From contig CAKRZR010000004.1 in the NCBI GenBank assembly GCA_934433485.1, positions 68,913-132,912 of the forward strand: 64,000 nucleotides of DNA, read 5' to 3'. The position numbers and the translations under genes are program-made. Shown piece by piece: positions 28,765-38,784 of this stretch. Position 1 is the first letter of the stretch; each line of letters starts with the position of its first letter. The stretch is from an uncultured Eubacteriales bacterium. GTDB taxonomy: Bacteria; Bacillota; Clostridia; Oscillospirales; CAG-272. The notes under the pieces were generated by a model. That model was not told where the DNA came from. It searched no databases and saw only the letters and a list, made by a program, of their open reading frames with translations.

Positions 28765-29766
28765 ATGGCAAAGATTCAGGCTGCATTTATTGGCTGCGGC
28801 GGCAGAAACAGCGTGCACCTGCAGAAGTGCATGGACATGGGAGACGTGGAATTTGTCGGCTTCTGCGATGTCGTAGAGGAAAAGGCATACGCGTACGCGG
28901 AGAGAACCAAAACCGATCCGGCTGGTAAGATTTTCACCTGCCACCGCGAAATGCTCGCGCATGTGACCCCGGAAGTGATCTTCATCGCGGTTCCGCCGCA
29001 TCAGCATGGTGACATCGAATATGCCGTGATCGAAAAGGGCATTCCGTTTATGGTTGAAAAGCCGATCGCGCTGGATATGGCGATGGCGGAGGACATCCAG
29101 AAGAAAATCCACGAAAAGGGTCTGATCACCGCCACCGGTTTCCAGGACAGATACCAGAACCTGACCCAGATCATGAAGGACTACATCAAGGACAAGGAAG
29201 TCGGTCTGGTGTCAGCCGCATGGTTCGGTGGTATTCCGGGCGTGTCGTGGTGGAGAAGAATGGAAACCTCCGGCGGTCAGGTCGTAGAGCAGAACATTCA
29301 CCTGTTTGACCAGGCGCGTTTCCTGTTCGGCGAACCGCTGTACGTCAACTGCGCCGGCGCGCGCGGCATCGTGGACGGCGACGAATACGGCGTACCGGGT
29401 TACAACGTACACGACTATTCTTCCGCGGTCATCAAGTTCCAGAGCGGCGTGGTCGCCAACATCTTCACGGGCTGCTATGTGCGCGAAGGCGGCGGTATGC
29501 AGAGCGGCATGAACATCTACTGCAAGGACGCGACCCTCGAATACGCACTGCGCTCCTGGCTGAAGATCCGCGACAAGAACGGCGAACAGTACTTTGAAAG
29601 AGGCGAAGAGCAGACCGGCATCATGGATAAGATCTTCCTCGACGCGGTCCGCACAGGAGACACCTCCAAGATCCTCGCCGACTACGACAACGCGGTGAAG
29701 AGTCTCCGTCTCTGCCTTGCCTGCAACGAGTCCATCGAAACCGGCAAGACCATCTTCCTCGCGTAA
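28765..29766 (+). CDS. Gfo/Idh/MocA family NAD(P)-dependent oxidoreductase
   Basis: MAKIQAAFIGCGGRNSVHL.. carries the Rossmann GxGxxG, with an AAGGAGGAAAG RBS upstream. The ORF-track start at 28702 is upstream of the RBS. Confidence 0.82.
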   Translation: MAKIQAAFIGCGGRNSVHLQKCMDMGDVEFVGFCDVVEEKAYAYAERTKTDPAGKIFTCHREMLAHVTPEVIFIAVPPHQHGDIEYAVIEKGIPFMVEKPIALDMAMAEDIQKKIHEKGLITATGFQDRYQNLTQIMKDYIKDKEVGLVSAAWFGGIPGVSWWRRMETSGGQVVEQNIHLFDQARFLFGEPLYVNCAGARGIVDGDEYGVPGYNVHDYSSAVIKFQSGVVANIFTGCYVREGGGMQSGMNIYCKDATLEYALRSWLKIRDKNGEQYFERGEEQTGIMDKIFLDAVRTGDTSKILADYDNAVKSLRLCLACNESIETGKTIFLA

Positions 29767-29880
29767 AACAGGCATACATAGGAAAAAAGCTGTCGGATCC
29801 GCTCCGGCGGCTTTTTCGCATTTTCTGATTTGTTTCCGCTGGATTTTGTTGGGTTGGTTCAAAAAATCTACGGAAACCTG

Positions 29881-29909
29881 TTGACAGTCACATGAACGTG
29901 TGATATAAT
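29881..29909 (+). promoter_or_regulatory. Sigma-A promoter TTGACA-17-TATAAT (extended -10 TG)
   Basis: ttgaca 29881-29886; tgatataat 29901-29909. Confidence 0.5.
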
Positions 29910-29944
29910 AATAGCAGAGTAAGGCGTGCGGAAAACCGGACGTT

Positions 29945-30565
29945 TTGGCAAAGGAGGATCACGCGATGCAAACCATCGAAAGCCGCACGATACCGGGGAC
30001 GATTCTGGAGCGTTCCAAGATGGACGGCGCTGACGGAATGGAGTTTCTCGATAAAGTATTTTTTATAACAAACGGTATTATGCTCACCCAGATCCGAGAG
30101 ATCACCGGGATCGACGGCACAACACTGCAAAACTGGCTCAAACGCGGATGGGTCGCCTCTCCGGAGCATAAAATGTACTCTAAGGAGCACCTCGCGCGGA
30201 TTCTGCTCATCAATATCATGCGCGATACCCTACAGTTGTCCCAGATCTCCGGTGTATTGCGCTATATCAACGGGGAAGTAGACACAACGGAGGACGACAT
30301 TATCACGGAAAGTCAGCTTTACGACTACGTCTGTCGGGTGATCGCCATTCTCGCGGATCAAAGCTCTGCCGGACTCAACGGTATGGAGCGCGCGATTCGT
30401 GCGGTAACGGCGGACTACACCGAACGCTTCACCGGCGCGCGTGCCCGTCTGGAAACGGGATTGAACATCATCGTGTCCGCGTATTACGGCTCGCTCGTCA
30501 AGCAGCATACGGACGCACTGGTGGAAGCCTGCTGCGGAAAAACGCTCCGTCGAAAGCGTCCATAA
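29945..30565 (+). CDS. MerR-like HTH domain protein (DUF1836-like), putative regulator upstream of nfeD-floT
   Basis: IMLTQIREITGIDGTTLQNWLKRGWV resembles a MerR-type HTH; the start could be 29966. Confidence 0.5.
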   Translation: MAKEDHAMQTIESRTIPGTILERSKMDGADGMEFLDKVFFITNGIMLTQIREITGIDGTTLQNWLKRGWVASPEHKMYSKEHLARILLINIMRDTLQLSQISGVLRYINGEVDTTEDDIITESQLYDYVCRVIAILADQSSAGLNGMERAIRAVTADYTERFTGARARLETGLNIIVSAYYGSLVKQHTDALVEACCGKTLRRKRP

Positions 30566-30614
30566 TGGCAAACGGACAATCGGCACAGAAAAATAGTCGC
30601 ATGTTGGCGGCAGA

Positions 30615-31244
30615 ATGGAGAACAATATGATTACATGGTGGAACGGTATGGATACGGTAGGGCAGATCATGGCACTCATCGCGATCCCTGCCACACTGGT
30701 TCTCGTCGTACAGACGTTGCTCTTGCTGTTTGGCATCGGAGACAACGACATGGACGACGGCATCGATCTGAACGACAACGGCATGATCGATACGCCAGGT
30801 GACGGAGGCGGCGACGGGCTGATGCTCTTTTCCCTACGCGGGATCATGGCAATGGCGGCGATCGGCGGCTGGAGCGGACTGGTCATGCACGAAGCGGGGA
30901 TCAACCTGGTCGTCACCATCTTCTTAGCCTGCGCGTTCGGTTTTATGGCACTGGTCGCCATCGCGTATCTCATGAAGCTGTCCATGCGCTTGCAGTCAAA
31001 CGGGAACATCAACCTCGGATATGCCATCGGCAAAGTGGGCAGCGTGTATATCCCGATCCCGGCGGCAATGCAGGGCGTGGGTAAGATCAACATCACGATC
31101 CAGGAGCGCTTTGTCGAGGTTTGCGCTATGACCAGAGCCAAAAGACGGCTGAAAACCGGCGAAAGTGTGCGCGTCGTGGCGACAGACGAAACTGGCAATG
31201 TCGTCGTGGAACCTTTGCAGAATCCGGAAACGGATGAAACATAA
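30615..31244 (+). CDS. NfeD-like membrane protein with C-terminal OB-fold (YuaF-like)
   Basis: N-terminal TM helices plus C-terminal GKVGSVYIPI..GESVRVVATDETGNVVVEP; it is paired with a flotillin. Confidence 0.75.
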   Translation: MENNMITWWNGMDTVGQIMALIAIPATLVLVVQTLLLLFGIGDNDMDDGIDLNDNGMIDTPGDGGGDGLMLFSLRGIMAMAAIGGWSGLVMHEAGINLVVTIFLACAFGFMALVAIAYLMKLSMRLQSNGNINLGYAIGKVGSVYIPIPAAMQGVGKINITIQERFVEVCAMTRAKRRLKTGESVRVVATDETGNVVVEPLQNPETDET

Positions 31245-31273
31245 TAAAAACAACCACAAAGGGAGGTTCACCA

Positions 31274-32728
31274 ATGAATTACGAAGAATACACGACGTAT
31301 TCCTCCGGCGCAGGCATCAACGTATCCACACTCTTTCTTGTGTGCGTGATCGTGCTGCTTGTCCTGACGACTGTCATCGTCATCCTGTCCCGCTATCGCA
31401 AATGCCCGTCCGACAAGATCCTCGTCATCTACGGTAAGGTCGGCTCCGGTCAGGACGGATCGTCCCGCTCGTCCAAATGTATCCACGGCGGCGCATCCTT
31501 CATCTGGCCCGTGGTGCAGGCGTACGAATACCTCGACCTGACCCCTATGTCCATCTCTGTGGACCTGCGCAACGCTCTGTCGAAGCAGAATATCCGTGTG
31601 GACGTGCCGTCCCGCTTCACAGTCGGTATTTCCACGGAAACCGGCGTCATGCAGAACGCGGCGGAACGGCTCCTCGGCATGAAAACGGACGAGATCAAGC
31701 AGGTCGCGGAGGATATTATCTTCGGTCAGATGCGTCTGATTATCGCGACAATGGAAATCGAGGAGATCAACGCGGACCGCGATAAGTTCCTTGAGGCAGT
31801 GTCTAACAACGTCGAAACCGAACTGAAGAAAATCGGTCTCCGGCTCATCAACGTGAATGTCACCGACATCACCGACGAGAGCGGCTACATCGAAGCGCTC
31901 GGTAAGGAAGCGGCGGCACAGGCTATCAATACAGCAAAGGTATCTGTGGCGGAAGCGGAACGCGGCGGTGCCATCGGTTCGGCGGAAGCGGAGCGTGAAA
32001 AGAGAGTCCGCGTGTCCAAGTCCAATTCCGAAGCGGTCGCCGGTGAAAACGAAGCCAAGGTGCAGATCGCGGAATCCGAGGCGATCCGTCGTGAAAAAGA
32101 AGCGGAAGCTTTAAAACGGGCAACGGCAGCGGAAAACATCCAGTCCGCGCGCGCTATGGAGGAATCCTACGCCGCACAGAAGGATGCGGAAATTGCCAGA
32201 GCCCATCTGGAGCAGGCAAAACTCGAAGCGGACGTCCTCGTCAAGGCGGAGATCCGCAAGAAAGAATTGGAGCTCCAGGCAGAAGCGGAAGCCGAGCAGA
32301 TTCGACGCAGAGCACGTGGTGAAGCGGACGCGACGCTTCTCAAAATGCAGGCGGAAGCCGATGGTATGCGCCAGATTCTCATGAAACAGGCGGAAGGCTT
32401 CGCGGATATCGTAAAGTCCGCGGGTGGAGACGCCTCCGACGCGATCCGGCTCATGCTTGCCGATAAGATGGAAGAGCTCACAAAGATCCAGGTGGAAGCG
32501 ATTAAGAACCTCAAGATCGACAAGATCACGGTCTGGGACAACGGCGTGACATCTCCCGACGGAAAGAACACCACCGCAAATTTCGTGTCCGGACTGATGA
32601 AGAGCATTCCTCCGATGAACGAAATGTTCGACATGGCGGGCATGCAGCTGCCGAAGTATCTCGGCGAAACCAAGCCGGAAACAGGCGCCGCAGAGCAGAC
32701 GCCGAACGATACAAGCGCGGACGCGTAA
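31274..32728 (+). CDS. floT: Flotillin-like SPFH-domain protein (FloT/YuaG-like)
   Basis: An N-terminal TM helix, an SPFH domain and a long EA-rich coiled coil (AEAEREKRVRVSKS..). Confidence 0.85.
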   Translation: MNYEEYTTYSSGAGINVSTLFLVCVIVLLVLTTVIVILSRYRKCPSDKILVIYGKVGSGQDGSSRSSKCIHGGASFIWPVVQAYEYLDLTPMSISVDLRNALSKQNIRVDVPSRFTVGISTETGVMQNAAERLLGMKTDEIKQVAEDIIFGQMRLIIATMEIEEINADRDKFLEAVSNNVETELKKIGLRLINVNVTDITDESGYIEALGKEAAAQAINTAKVSVAEAERGGAIGSAEAEREKRVRVSKSNSEAVAGENEAKVQIAESEAIRREKEAEALKRATAAENIQSARAMEESYAAQKDAEIARAHLEQAKLEADVLVKAEIRKKELELQAEAEAEQIRRRARGEADATLLKMQAEADGMRQILMKQAEGFADIVKSAGGDASDAIRLMLADKMEELTKIQVEAIKNLKIDKITVWDNGVTSPDGKNTTANFVSGLMKSIPPMNEMFDMAGMQLPKYLGETKPETGAAEQTPNDTSADA

Positions 32729-32818
32729 TCGGGTTTCCTGCAAAACGATTTCCGGATCCCATAAAAAGCGGCATTCGTCATAGAGTGCCGTTTTTTGTTA
32801 TCAAATTTGCCAATCCTC

Positions 32819-32847
32819 TTGCAATCTGTGTAAAAACATGCTATACT
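32819..32847 (+). promoter_or_regulatory. Sigma-A promoter TTGCAA-17-TATACT (TG extended)
   Basis: ttgcaa 32819-32824; tatact 32842-32847. Confidence 0.45.
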
Positions 32848-32895
32848 ATAGCATGGAAAAAGCTGTCAAAGGCTTTTGGCAAAGGAGAAAAAAGG

Positions 32896-34338
32896 ATGAT
32901 TACACTGAATCGCGCCGAGCTGCGGGATAAGATCTACGCCTGCTGGATCGGCAAGAACATTGGCGGCACGATGGGCACTCCCTACGAAGGACGCCGCGAA
33001 ATCAACGATATACAAGGCTTTGTGACCAAGCCGGGCGAGGTACTGCCGAACGATGACCTTGATCTGCAGATGATCTGGCTGCGCGTGATCGAGGAGGACG
33101 GTCCGTACAAGGCAAACGCCGATCTGCTCGGCGAGTATTGGATCGACAGCATTCCGCCGCATTGGAACGAATACGGTATCTGCAAGGGCAATATGCGCGG
33201 TGGTCTCGTGCCGCCTCTGTCCGGTCAGTACCACAACGATTGGAAGGACTCCAACGGCGCGTGGATTCGTACCGAAATCTGGGCTTCCATGGCGCCGGCA
33301 AGCCCGGATACCGCTATCCGTTATGCCCGTGAGGACGCGTGCGTGGATCATGGCAGCGGCGAGGGCACCTACGCGGCGATCTTTGTAGCAGCAATGGAAT
33401 CTGCGGCATTTGTTGTAAACGATATTCGTACGCTCATCGACATTGGTCTGTCCAAGATCCCGGAAAAATGCCGCATGGCACAGTCGATCCGTCTGCTGCT
33501 CGATTGCTATGACAACGGCGTAGACTGGAAGACCTGCCGCAATCGCCTTGTGGAGGATTCCGCTGACCTCGGTTGGTTTGAAGCGCCGTGCAATGTGGCG
33601 TTCGCGATGCTTGGTATGCTGTACGGCGAGGGAGATTTTAAGCGCTCCATGATCCTTGCTATCAACTGTGGGGACGATACGGATTGTACTGCCGCTACAC
33701 TGGGTTCGCTGTGGGGCATCATGTACGGCACCGCGGGCATCCCGGAGGATTGGGCTTCCTATATCGGCGATTCCATCACGACCGTGGCGATCAACAGACC
33801 GTCCGTATATAAAATTCCCGCGACCTGCAATGAGCTGACCGATCGCGTGATGGCACAGCAGGTGGCGATGCTTCACGCAAACCATGTCACGAACGTGAAA
33901 ATTTCAGACGCGCCGACACATGTGGACGAAGGAGACATCAAGGGCTTCTACGGCGGCAATCTCGCAAAGCAGCTTTGTGAAAAGAAGGGCAACGCGTATA
34001 CCGTCGACTTCTACTGGGCAAGCGCGGAGGTCATTTTCGACGGCGAACCCGAAATCGCACCGAATGGCGAGGTGGGCGTGACCATCCATTTCCGCAACAA
34101 GTTCCGCCAGCCGCAGCACATGCATTTCCGCTGGTTACTGCCGGAAGGCTTTATCGTAAAGGAAGGTCGCAGCGCGCTCTATTTGAGCCACGAAACGCCG
34201 CATAACAAGGGCGAGGCGGTTATGCACGTCACCATTGTTGCCGGCGACACCGTGGAAGCGATGAACCGTCCTGTGCTGGAGGTTACCGCGATGGGACGTC
34301 CGCATGTCGGCTATGTGCCGATCACACTGCTTGGCTGA
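32896..34338 (+). CDS. ADP-ribosylglycohydrolase family protein with additional ~150-aa C-terminal beta-rich domain
   Basis: DKIYACWIGKNIGGTMGTPYEG matches the ARH/DraG signature. The start at 32896 follows an AAAGGAGAAAAAAGG RBS. Confidence 0.75.
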   Translation: MITLNRAELRDKIYACWIGKNIGGTMGTPYEGRREINDIQGFVTKPGEVLPNDDLDLQMIWLRVIEEDGPYKANADLLGEYWIDSIPPHWNEYGICKGNMRGGLVPPLSGQYHNDWKDSNGAWIRTEIWASMAPASPDTAIRYAREDACVDHGSGEGTYAAIFVAAMESAAFVVNDIRTLIDIGLSKIPEKCRMAQSIRLLLDCYDNGVDWKTCRNRLVEDSADLGWFEAPCNVAFAMLGMLYGEGDFKRSMILAINCGDDTDCTAATLGSLWGIMYGTAGIPEDWASYIGDSITTVAINRPSVYKIPATCNELTDRVMAQQVAMLHANHVTNVKISDAPTHVDEGDIKGFYGGNLAKQLCEKKGNAYTVDFYWASAEVIFDGEPEIAPNGEVGVTIHFRNKFRQPQHMHFRWLLPEGFIVKEGRSALYLSHETPHNKGEAVMHVTIVAGDTVEAMNRPVLEVTAMGRPHVGYVPITLLG

Positions 34339-34373
34339 TGACGCAGGAATAAAACGCATTGTTCTGAAATAGA

Positions 34374-34420
34374 AAAACCGGATCCGATTCAGGAAAAAAC
34401 ACTGGACAGATCCGGTTTTC
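34374..34420. terminator. Bidirectional terminator between convergent genes
   Basis: aaaaaccggatc..gatccggtttt. Confidence 0.55.
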
Positions 34421-34435
34421 TATATTCTTAGCTTT

Positions 34436-36595
34436 TTAATCGCACACGATCGCGTGCTGCAACATGTCGACAAGGGTCTCCACGGACAGATTCGTGCGGA
34501 TGTAGCGGCGATTGTCGAGCGGCAGGACAAAGCGTTCGTCTGCAATCGATAGAGCAACAGGCGGCTTATACAGCTCGTCGCGCACCTCAAAGAGCGCATC
34601 CGTGTAGGGAATGGTCAGTGTTCCCTCTCCATCCTCGTGCCAGCAGACCGCCCAGCTCTCACCATGACGCGTGAATACAAACGCGCGCAGAGGCGAGACG
34701 GTTTCGATTTGCCGATAGGGAACAAGCTCGTATTCCTTATCCTCATTTACAAGCAGCGTGTGCTCGGTGGCAAGCTCGCGGAGCATTTCCCGGTGCGCAT
34801 CAGTCAGCCAGCCTTTTGCGCGGACATCCTCCCAACGGCGCATGACCTCTAAAATATCGCCGGTACGCGGATGGGAACGGAACGCCGGAATGTTCGTCTG
34901 GATCGTCACCGGGCAGTCCCAGGCGGCAGCGCGGCTGGTACCGTACTCGTACATATCCGCCTGCGTCCGCTTGTCCCAGAACGCCCACCAGCCGAAATTC
35001 AGACGGGTGAAGTCCTCGCGCATCCGCGGTGCTTCTTCCGCCGGAAATTCCGCGATTTTTTCCTTGAAGATCTCTGGCGCAAATACGTCAAAGGCATTGC
35101 CGCCGGATAGAAAATGCCAGCTGAAATGAGCCTTCGCGGCGCCTTCACAGAAAATCGGCGGATTTTTGAGCTGCTTATACACCCGATACTGCGCGTTCGG
35201 CACATGGTATCCAAACGGTGCGTTGGTGCCCTCGGAACCGTCGAAATAGACAAACCGGAACCCTGTGTCAAACGCACGTGCGATCTTTGCGGCGACCTCA
35301 TCCTGCAAGTCGGAGTGCTGATCGAGGTATACGCTCGTTGCGCCAAATTCACTGACATCGAGCACACCGCCGATCTCCCCTGCCGGATGCGCCTTGACCG
35401 TCGTACCGTGATCGCCGCGTCTGCACCCGGTGAAGCGGTACGGAAGCTCCGTCGTGTAGCCCTCGTAGGAGATCAGCTCCGTACCGAACTTCAAAATCCG
35501 CGCTCCATTCGCCATCTCTGCGCCTTCCGGATTTTCCATGACGCAAATTTCGTCCGTGTTCTCCGCGCTAAGCGGTTTTGCCAACGTGAAGTGTTCTTTC
35601 AGATGGAGCCTGAAATCCGCTTCCGGCGTGACATAGCGGCTCTGCATCCCAATGTGGGTCTGCAAAAAGTGGAGTCCCGGCTTGATCCCGTTTTCCCGTA
35701 TGTGGCACAGGAGCTTTTCCACGTCTGCAGCACCATTCGGGTATTCGTCCCGATAGTCGTAATTGCCGCAGAGCCCATAGCCGCCCTGTTCCTTGAAAAA
35801 GCAGGTGTAATACAGGAGCATCAGCCGGAATCCGCCTTTTTTCGCGTAGGCAATGTGCTCGTCTACAGTGTCCGGCGTGACGTTGGAAGCCCAGTAAATC
35901 GACGCGTTGATGAACGGACTTCTCCGACTCTCCACGCCATGCGGCAGACCAAAATCCTTTTCGAGCAGATCCACACAGTCGAGATACTGTTCCGTCGGCG
36001 AGACGATGAGTGCGACGCCTGTGCCGCGCAATTTGACCTCCCGCAGTGCGTCCGCGTATAAAATTCGATAATCGACACGCCGTTCGGAATCGATGGATGC
36101 GTACGGCGAGGTCGAGAGCACGTTGACGGCACAGTGCGCATCCCAGCTCACGTTCAGCCATTCGCCGAAATGCGCGCGGTTTTTCACCGGAAGCTGCAGA
36201 ATGCGAAATTCCTCCACTGGCGGCAGCGTCATGTTGAGTCCGCCGTATTTCTCGTATGGTACGATGAAATCGTCGAGCGTGAATGCAATATAAGCGTCAG
36301 TGACGGCAAAACGAATGACTGCCTCATAGGGGATGATCTCAAAGCTCACGATGAGTTTGTCGCCTTCCGCGCGGAGCCGATTTGCCTGATAGGTCGTGCG
36401 TTTGTTGGGATGCGCCAATTTGACTTCGTTGTGGAACGGGCGATTTTGGGTGACAGAGCAGAGCGCGATGTTCTGTCCGGGTGCCGCCAGCTCCTCACCG
36501 GTTTCCTTACAGATGAGACTTTCCACAATCGCGTCGCCGCCGACCGTGAGTCGAAAACGGCTGTTTTCCAAAATGACAGAAGGGTATGCTTTCAT
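34436..36595 (-). CDS. Hypothetical 719-aa protein, possibly glycoside-hydrolase-like TIM barrel
   Basis: Long ORF with an AAAGGAT RBS and no firm family assignment; neighbours are carbohydrate-active genes. Confidence 0.55.
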   Translation of the reverse strand: MKAYPSVILENSRFRLTVGGDAIVESLICKETGEELAAPGQNIALCSVTQNRPFHNEVKLAHPNKRTTYQANRLRAEGDKLIVSFEIIPYEAVIRFAVTDAYIAFTLDDFIVPYEKYGGLNMTLPPVEEFRILQLPVKNRAHFGEWLNVSWDAHCAVNVLSTSPYASIDSERRVDYRILYADALREVKLRGTGVALIVSPTEQYLDCVDLLEKDFGLPHGVESRRSPFINASIYWASNVTPDTVDEHIAYAKKGGFRLMLLYYTCFFKEQGGYGLCGNYDYRDEYPNGAADVEKLLCHIRENGIKPGLHFLQTHIGMQSRYVTPEADFRLHLKEHFTLAKPLSAENTDEICVMENPEGAEMANGARILKFGTELISYEGYTTELPYRFTGCRRGDHGTTVKAHPAGEIGGVLDVSEFGATSVYLDQHSDLQDEVAAKIARAFDTGFRFVYFDGSEGTNAPFGYHVPNAQYRVYKQLKNPPIFCEGAAKAHFSWHFLSGGNAFDVFAPEIFKEKIAEFPAEEAPRMREDFTRLNFGWWAFWDKRTQADMYEYGTSRAAAWDCPVTIQTNIPAFRSHPRTGDILEVMRRWEDVRAKGWLTDAHREMLRELATEHTLLVNEDKEYELVPYRQIETVSPLRAFVFTRHGESWAVCWHEDGEGTLTIPYTDALFEVRDELYKPPVALSIADERFVLPLDNRRYIRTNLSVETLVDMLQHAIVCD

Positions 36596-36672
36596 GATGC
36601 GCGTATCCTTTCTTTGATAAAGCTTCCCGCATGGAGGTCAACGTGGATTCATACGGGAAGAACGAATTCCCT

Positions 36673-37992
36673 TTATTGCGCGGAGATTTCCATCCCGTAG
36701 CATGCGAGCAGCGGCTGGTCGTAGAAATCCCGTACCGCGAAAACAGGCGGATGGGTGCGCCATGCGTAATGGAACTGTGCGGGCAGGCGATAGGGACGCA
36801 CGGTCGAAACCAGCAGTCCGTCAGAAACCGGCGCGGCTTCGATGCATTCGATCATTCCGTCCCTGTCCTCCACGTTCATGCCCAGTGCGCGGCCGTCCAT
36901 GGCGAGAACTCTGTGTCCGGGGGTGAGATGGAGCAGTACATGCGTGTCGTCCGCGGCTTCGACGGAGAGGATGCACACGGATTCCTGTCCCGGTTTGCCG
37001 TAGAGGCAGGCAAGCGCGGCGTTGGCAAGCCGTTCGCCGATGGTCACATTTGCGCTGGAGCTGTTGTGGATGCCGTCCGTGACCGACAGATCAAGCGAGG
37101 AGACCACATATACGCCGGGAATCTCCAATGCGGCACGGCGCTGCGCTTCCCGGATCATGCCCCAGTAACGGTCGTTTTCCGGATCGTCGTTGCCCATCCA
37201 TCGATTGAGCTGCACCGTCAGGATCGGATGCGCACCGAACTTTTCATTCCAAAGCGATACCATGCGGGAGAAGCGTTCAAGATAGTCTTCGGCACAGTCC
37301 GCGTTGCAGTCCGAGCAGCCCTGCAGCCATAGGAATCCCTTGAAATCACCAATCACGGAAAGTCGCTTTTCCATTTCGCGATAGCAGCCGCCCTTCTCCG
37401 CCGGATTCCACTCCGAAAGCGGCGTTCCACCCACAGCGGTCGGCACAATGCCGATCGGTATGTGGAGCCTGTCATGGAGTCGACGCGCAAACGACAGCGC
37501 CGGGGAGGTCCCGGTGCCGTTTTCCGGATACCCGTACCGTCCATTGAGGGCGTCGGCAAGCGGATGCGCTGCAATCGACCAGTCTCCACGGTTGCGGTAC
37601 ATGTGCACGCCCAGACACGGCGGATCGTACGCAGCGTCTCTGCCATAGCCGGTCATGTTGCTCTGTCCCGCGGTCACATAAATATCACCCACACCGATGT
37701 GGTATACACAGGCGATTTTATCGATCCACAGGCTGTCCCCGGGCTGCACGGATGCTTCCAAACGATAGAGCCCGCCCTCCGGCAGCGTCAGGGCAACCGA
37801 CCAGTGCGTACCGTCCGCCTCCATATCGCAGCGTGTCCACGGGATCACACAGAGGTTGTCATCCTCCTGCACCACGCGTACCACCACATGGGTGTCTGCG
37901 TCCGAGAGAGGCGCGTCCAGCGTGCCATCCCAGATAAAGCGCGCACAACCGTCTTTCCCACGCTGTAAAATTTGAAAATCTGTCAGTTTCAT
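36673..37992 (-). CDS. Sialate O-acetylesterase-like (SASA/DUF303) carbohydrate esterase
   Basis: GDIYVTAGQSNMTG carries the catalytic Ser motif of SASA/SGNH esterases. Confidence 0.72.
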   Translation of the reverse strand: MKLTDFQILQRGKDGCARFIWDGTLDAPLSDADTHVVVRVVQEDDNLCVIPWTRCDMEADGTHWSVALTLPEGGLYRLEASVQPGDSLWIDKIACVYHIGVGDIYVTAGQSNMTGYGRDAAYDPPCLGVHMYRNRGDWSIAAHPLADALNGRYGYPENGTGTSPALSFARRLHDRLHIPIGIVPTAVGGTPLSEWNPAEKGGCYREMEKRLSVIGDFKGFLWLQGCSDCNADCAEDYLERFSRMVSLWNEKFGAHPILTVQLNRWMGNDDPENDRYWGMIREAQRRAALEIPGVYVVSSLDLSVTDGIHNSSSANVTIGERLANAALACLYGKPGQESVCILSVEAADDTHVLLHLTPGHRVLAMDGRALGMNVEDRDGMIECIEAAPVSDGLLVSTVRPYRLPAQFHYAWRTHPPVFAVRDFYDQPLLACYGMEISAQ

Positions 37993-38003
37993 GAACCGTC
38001 TCC

Positions 38004-38726
38004 TTATTCGAGTATATTGGAGGTGATGTAGTCAACACCCCAGGAGATCAGCCGTTTCGCGTCCTCCGGGTTGTCCACCGTCCAGCAGTTGACCTCAACG
38101 CCGCAATCGTGTAGCGCGCGTACCGCATCCTCGGTCAGCGCGGGATAAGCGATGTCAAGTCCCATCTTCCGGGCGGCAAGCATCTCCGGATATTCCGGTT
38201 TGTATTCGCCGGAGAGGAACTGGCACTCCTGCTCCGCACGAAGCTGTTTCACGAGGTCGAGATTGGCGATGTTGAACGCGATGAAGCAGGTGGCGTCGAG
38301 ATAGCCGTCAAAGATCGCGAGAATCTCCCGGATCTCGTCAAGCGTGAAGTTGCTCTTCAATTCCGGTACGCAGACCTTGCCGTAGTGCTCGCAGATTTTG
38401 CGGTACTCGCTGGGCAGGCAGAGCTTCAGCTCTGCGCGATCCGATCTGCCGTCGATATCCTTCAGGGTCAGCGCGCGCAGATCGGCAAGATTTGACTGCT
38501 CCATCACGAGATCCGTTTCGCAGATCCGTCCGCTTCTGCCGTCGTGATTGCAGATATACCGGTGATCAAGGGTGCGCCAGATGTCGGTTTCCACGCCGTA
38601 ATGGCTCCGGTTGCCTGCCGCGATGAATGCCGCAGCTGTATTTTCGGTTTCCAGTCCGCTGACGCCGCGGTGCGCCACGATTTTTGTGTTGCCGTGATCC
38701 GCGATTTTGATCGTATCCTTTTTCAT
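38004..38726 (-). CDS. Glycerophosphodiester phosphodiesterase (GDPD family)
   Basis: KIVAHRGVSGLETENTAAAF; the start at 38726 follows an AAAGGAAAG RBS. Confidence 0.8.
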   Translation of the reverse strand: MKKDTIKIADHGNTKIVAHRGVSGLETENTAAAFIAAGNRSHYGVETDIWRTLDHRYICNHDGRSGRICETDLVMEQSNLADLRALTLKDIDGRSDRAELKLCLPSEYRKICEHYGKVCVPELKSNFTLDEIREILAIFDGYLDATCFIAFNIANLDLVKQLRAEQECQFLSGEYKPEYPEMLAARKMGLDIAYPALTEDAVRALHDCGVEVNCWTVDNPEDAKRLISWGVDYITSNILE

Positions 38727-38784
38727 GCTGCTTTCCTTTCTGTTCGTCTTTTTTCGTGGCGTACTCCTGTTTGAAGGAGTGCGT

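Noticed and set aside
35114-37332. Plus-strand ORFs 35114-36061 and 36631-37332 overlapping minus-strand genes
   Set aside because: They are antisense shadows of the 719-aa protein and the SASA esterase, and no homology is recognisable.
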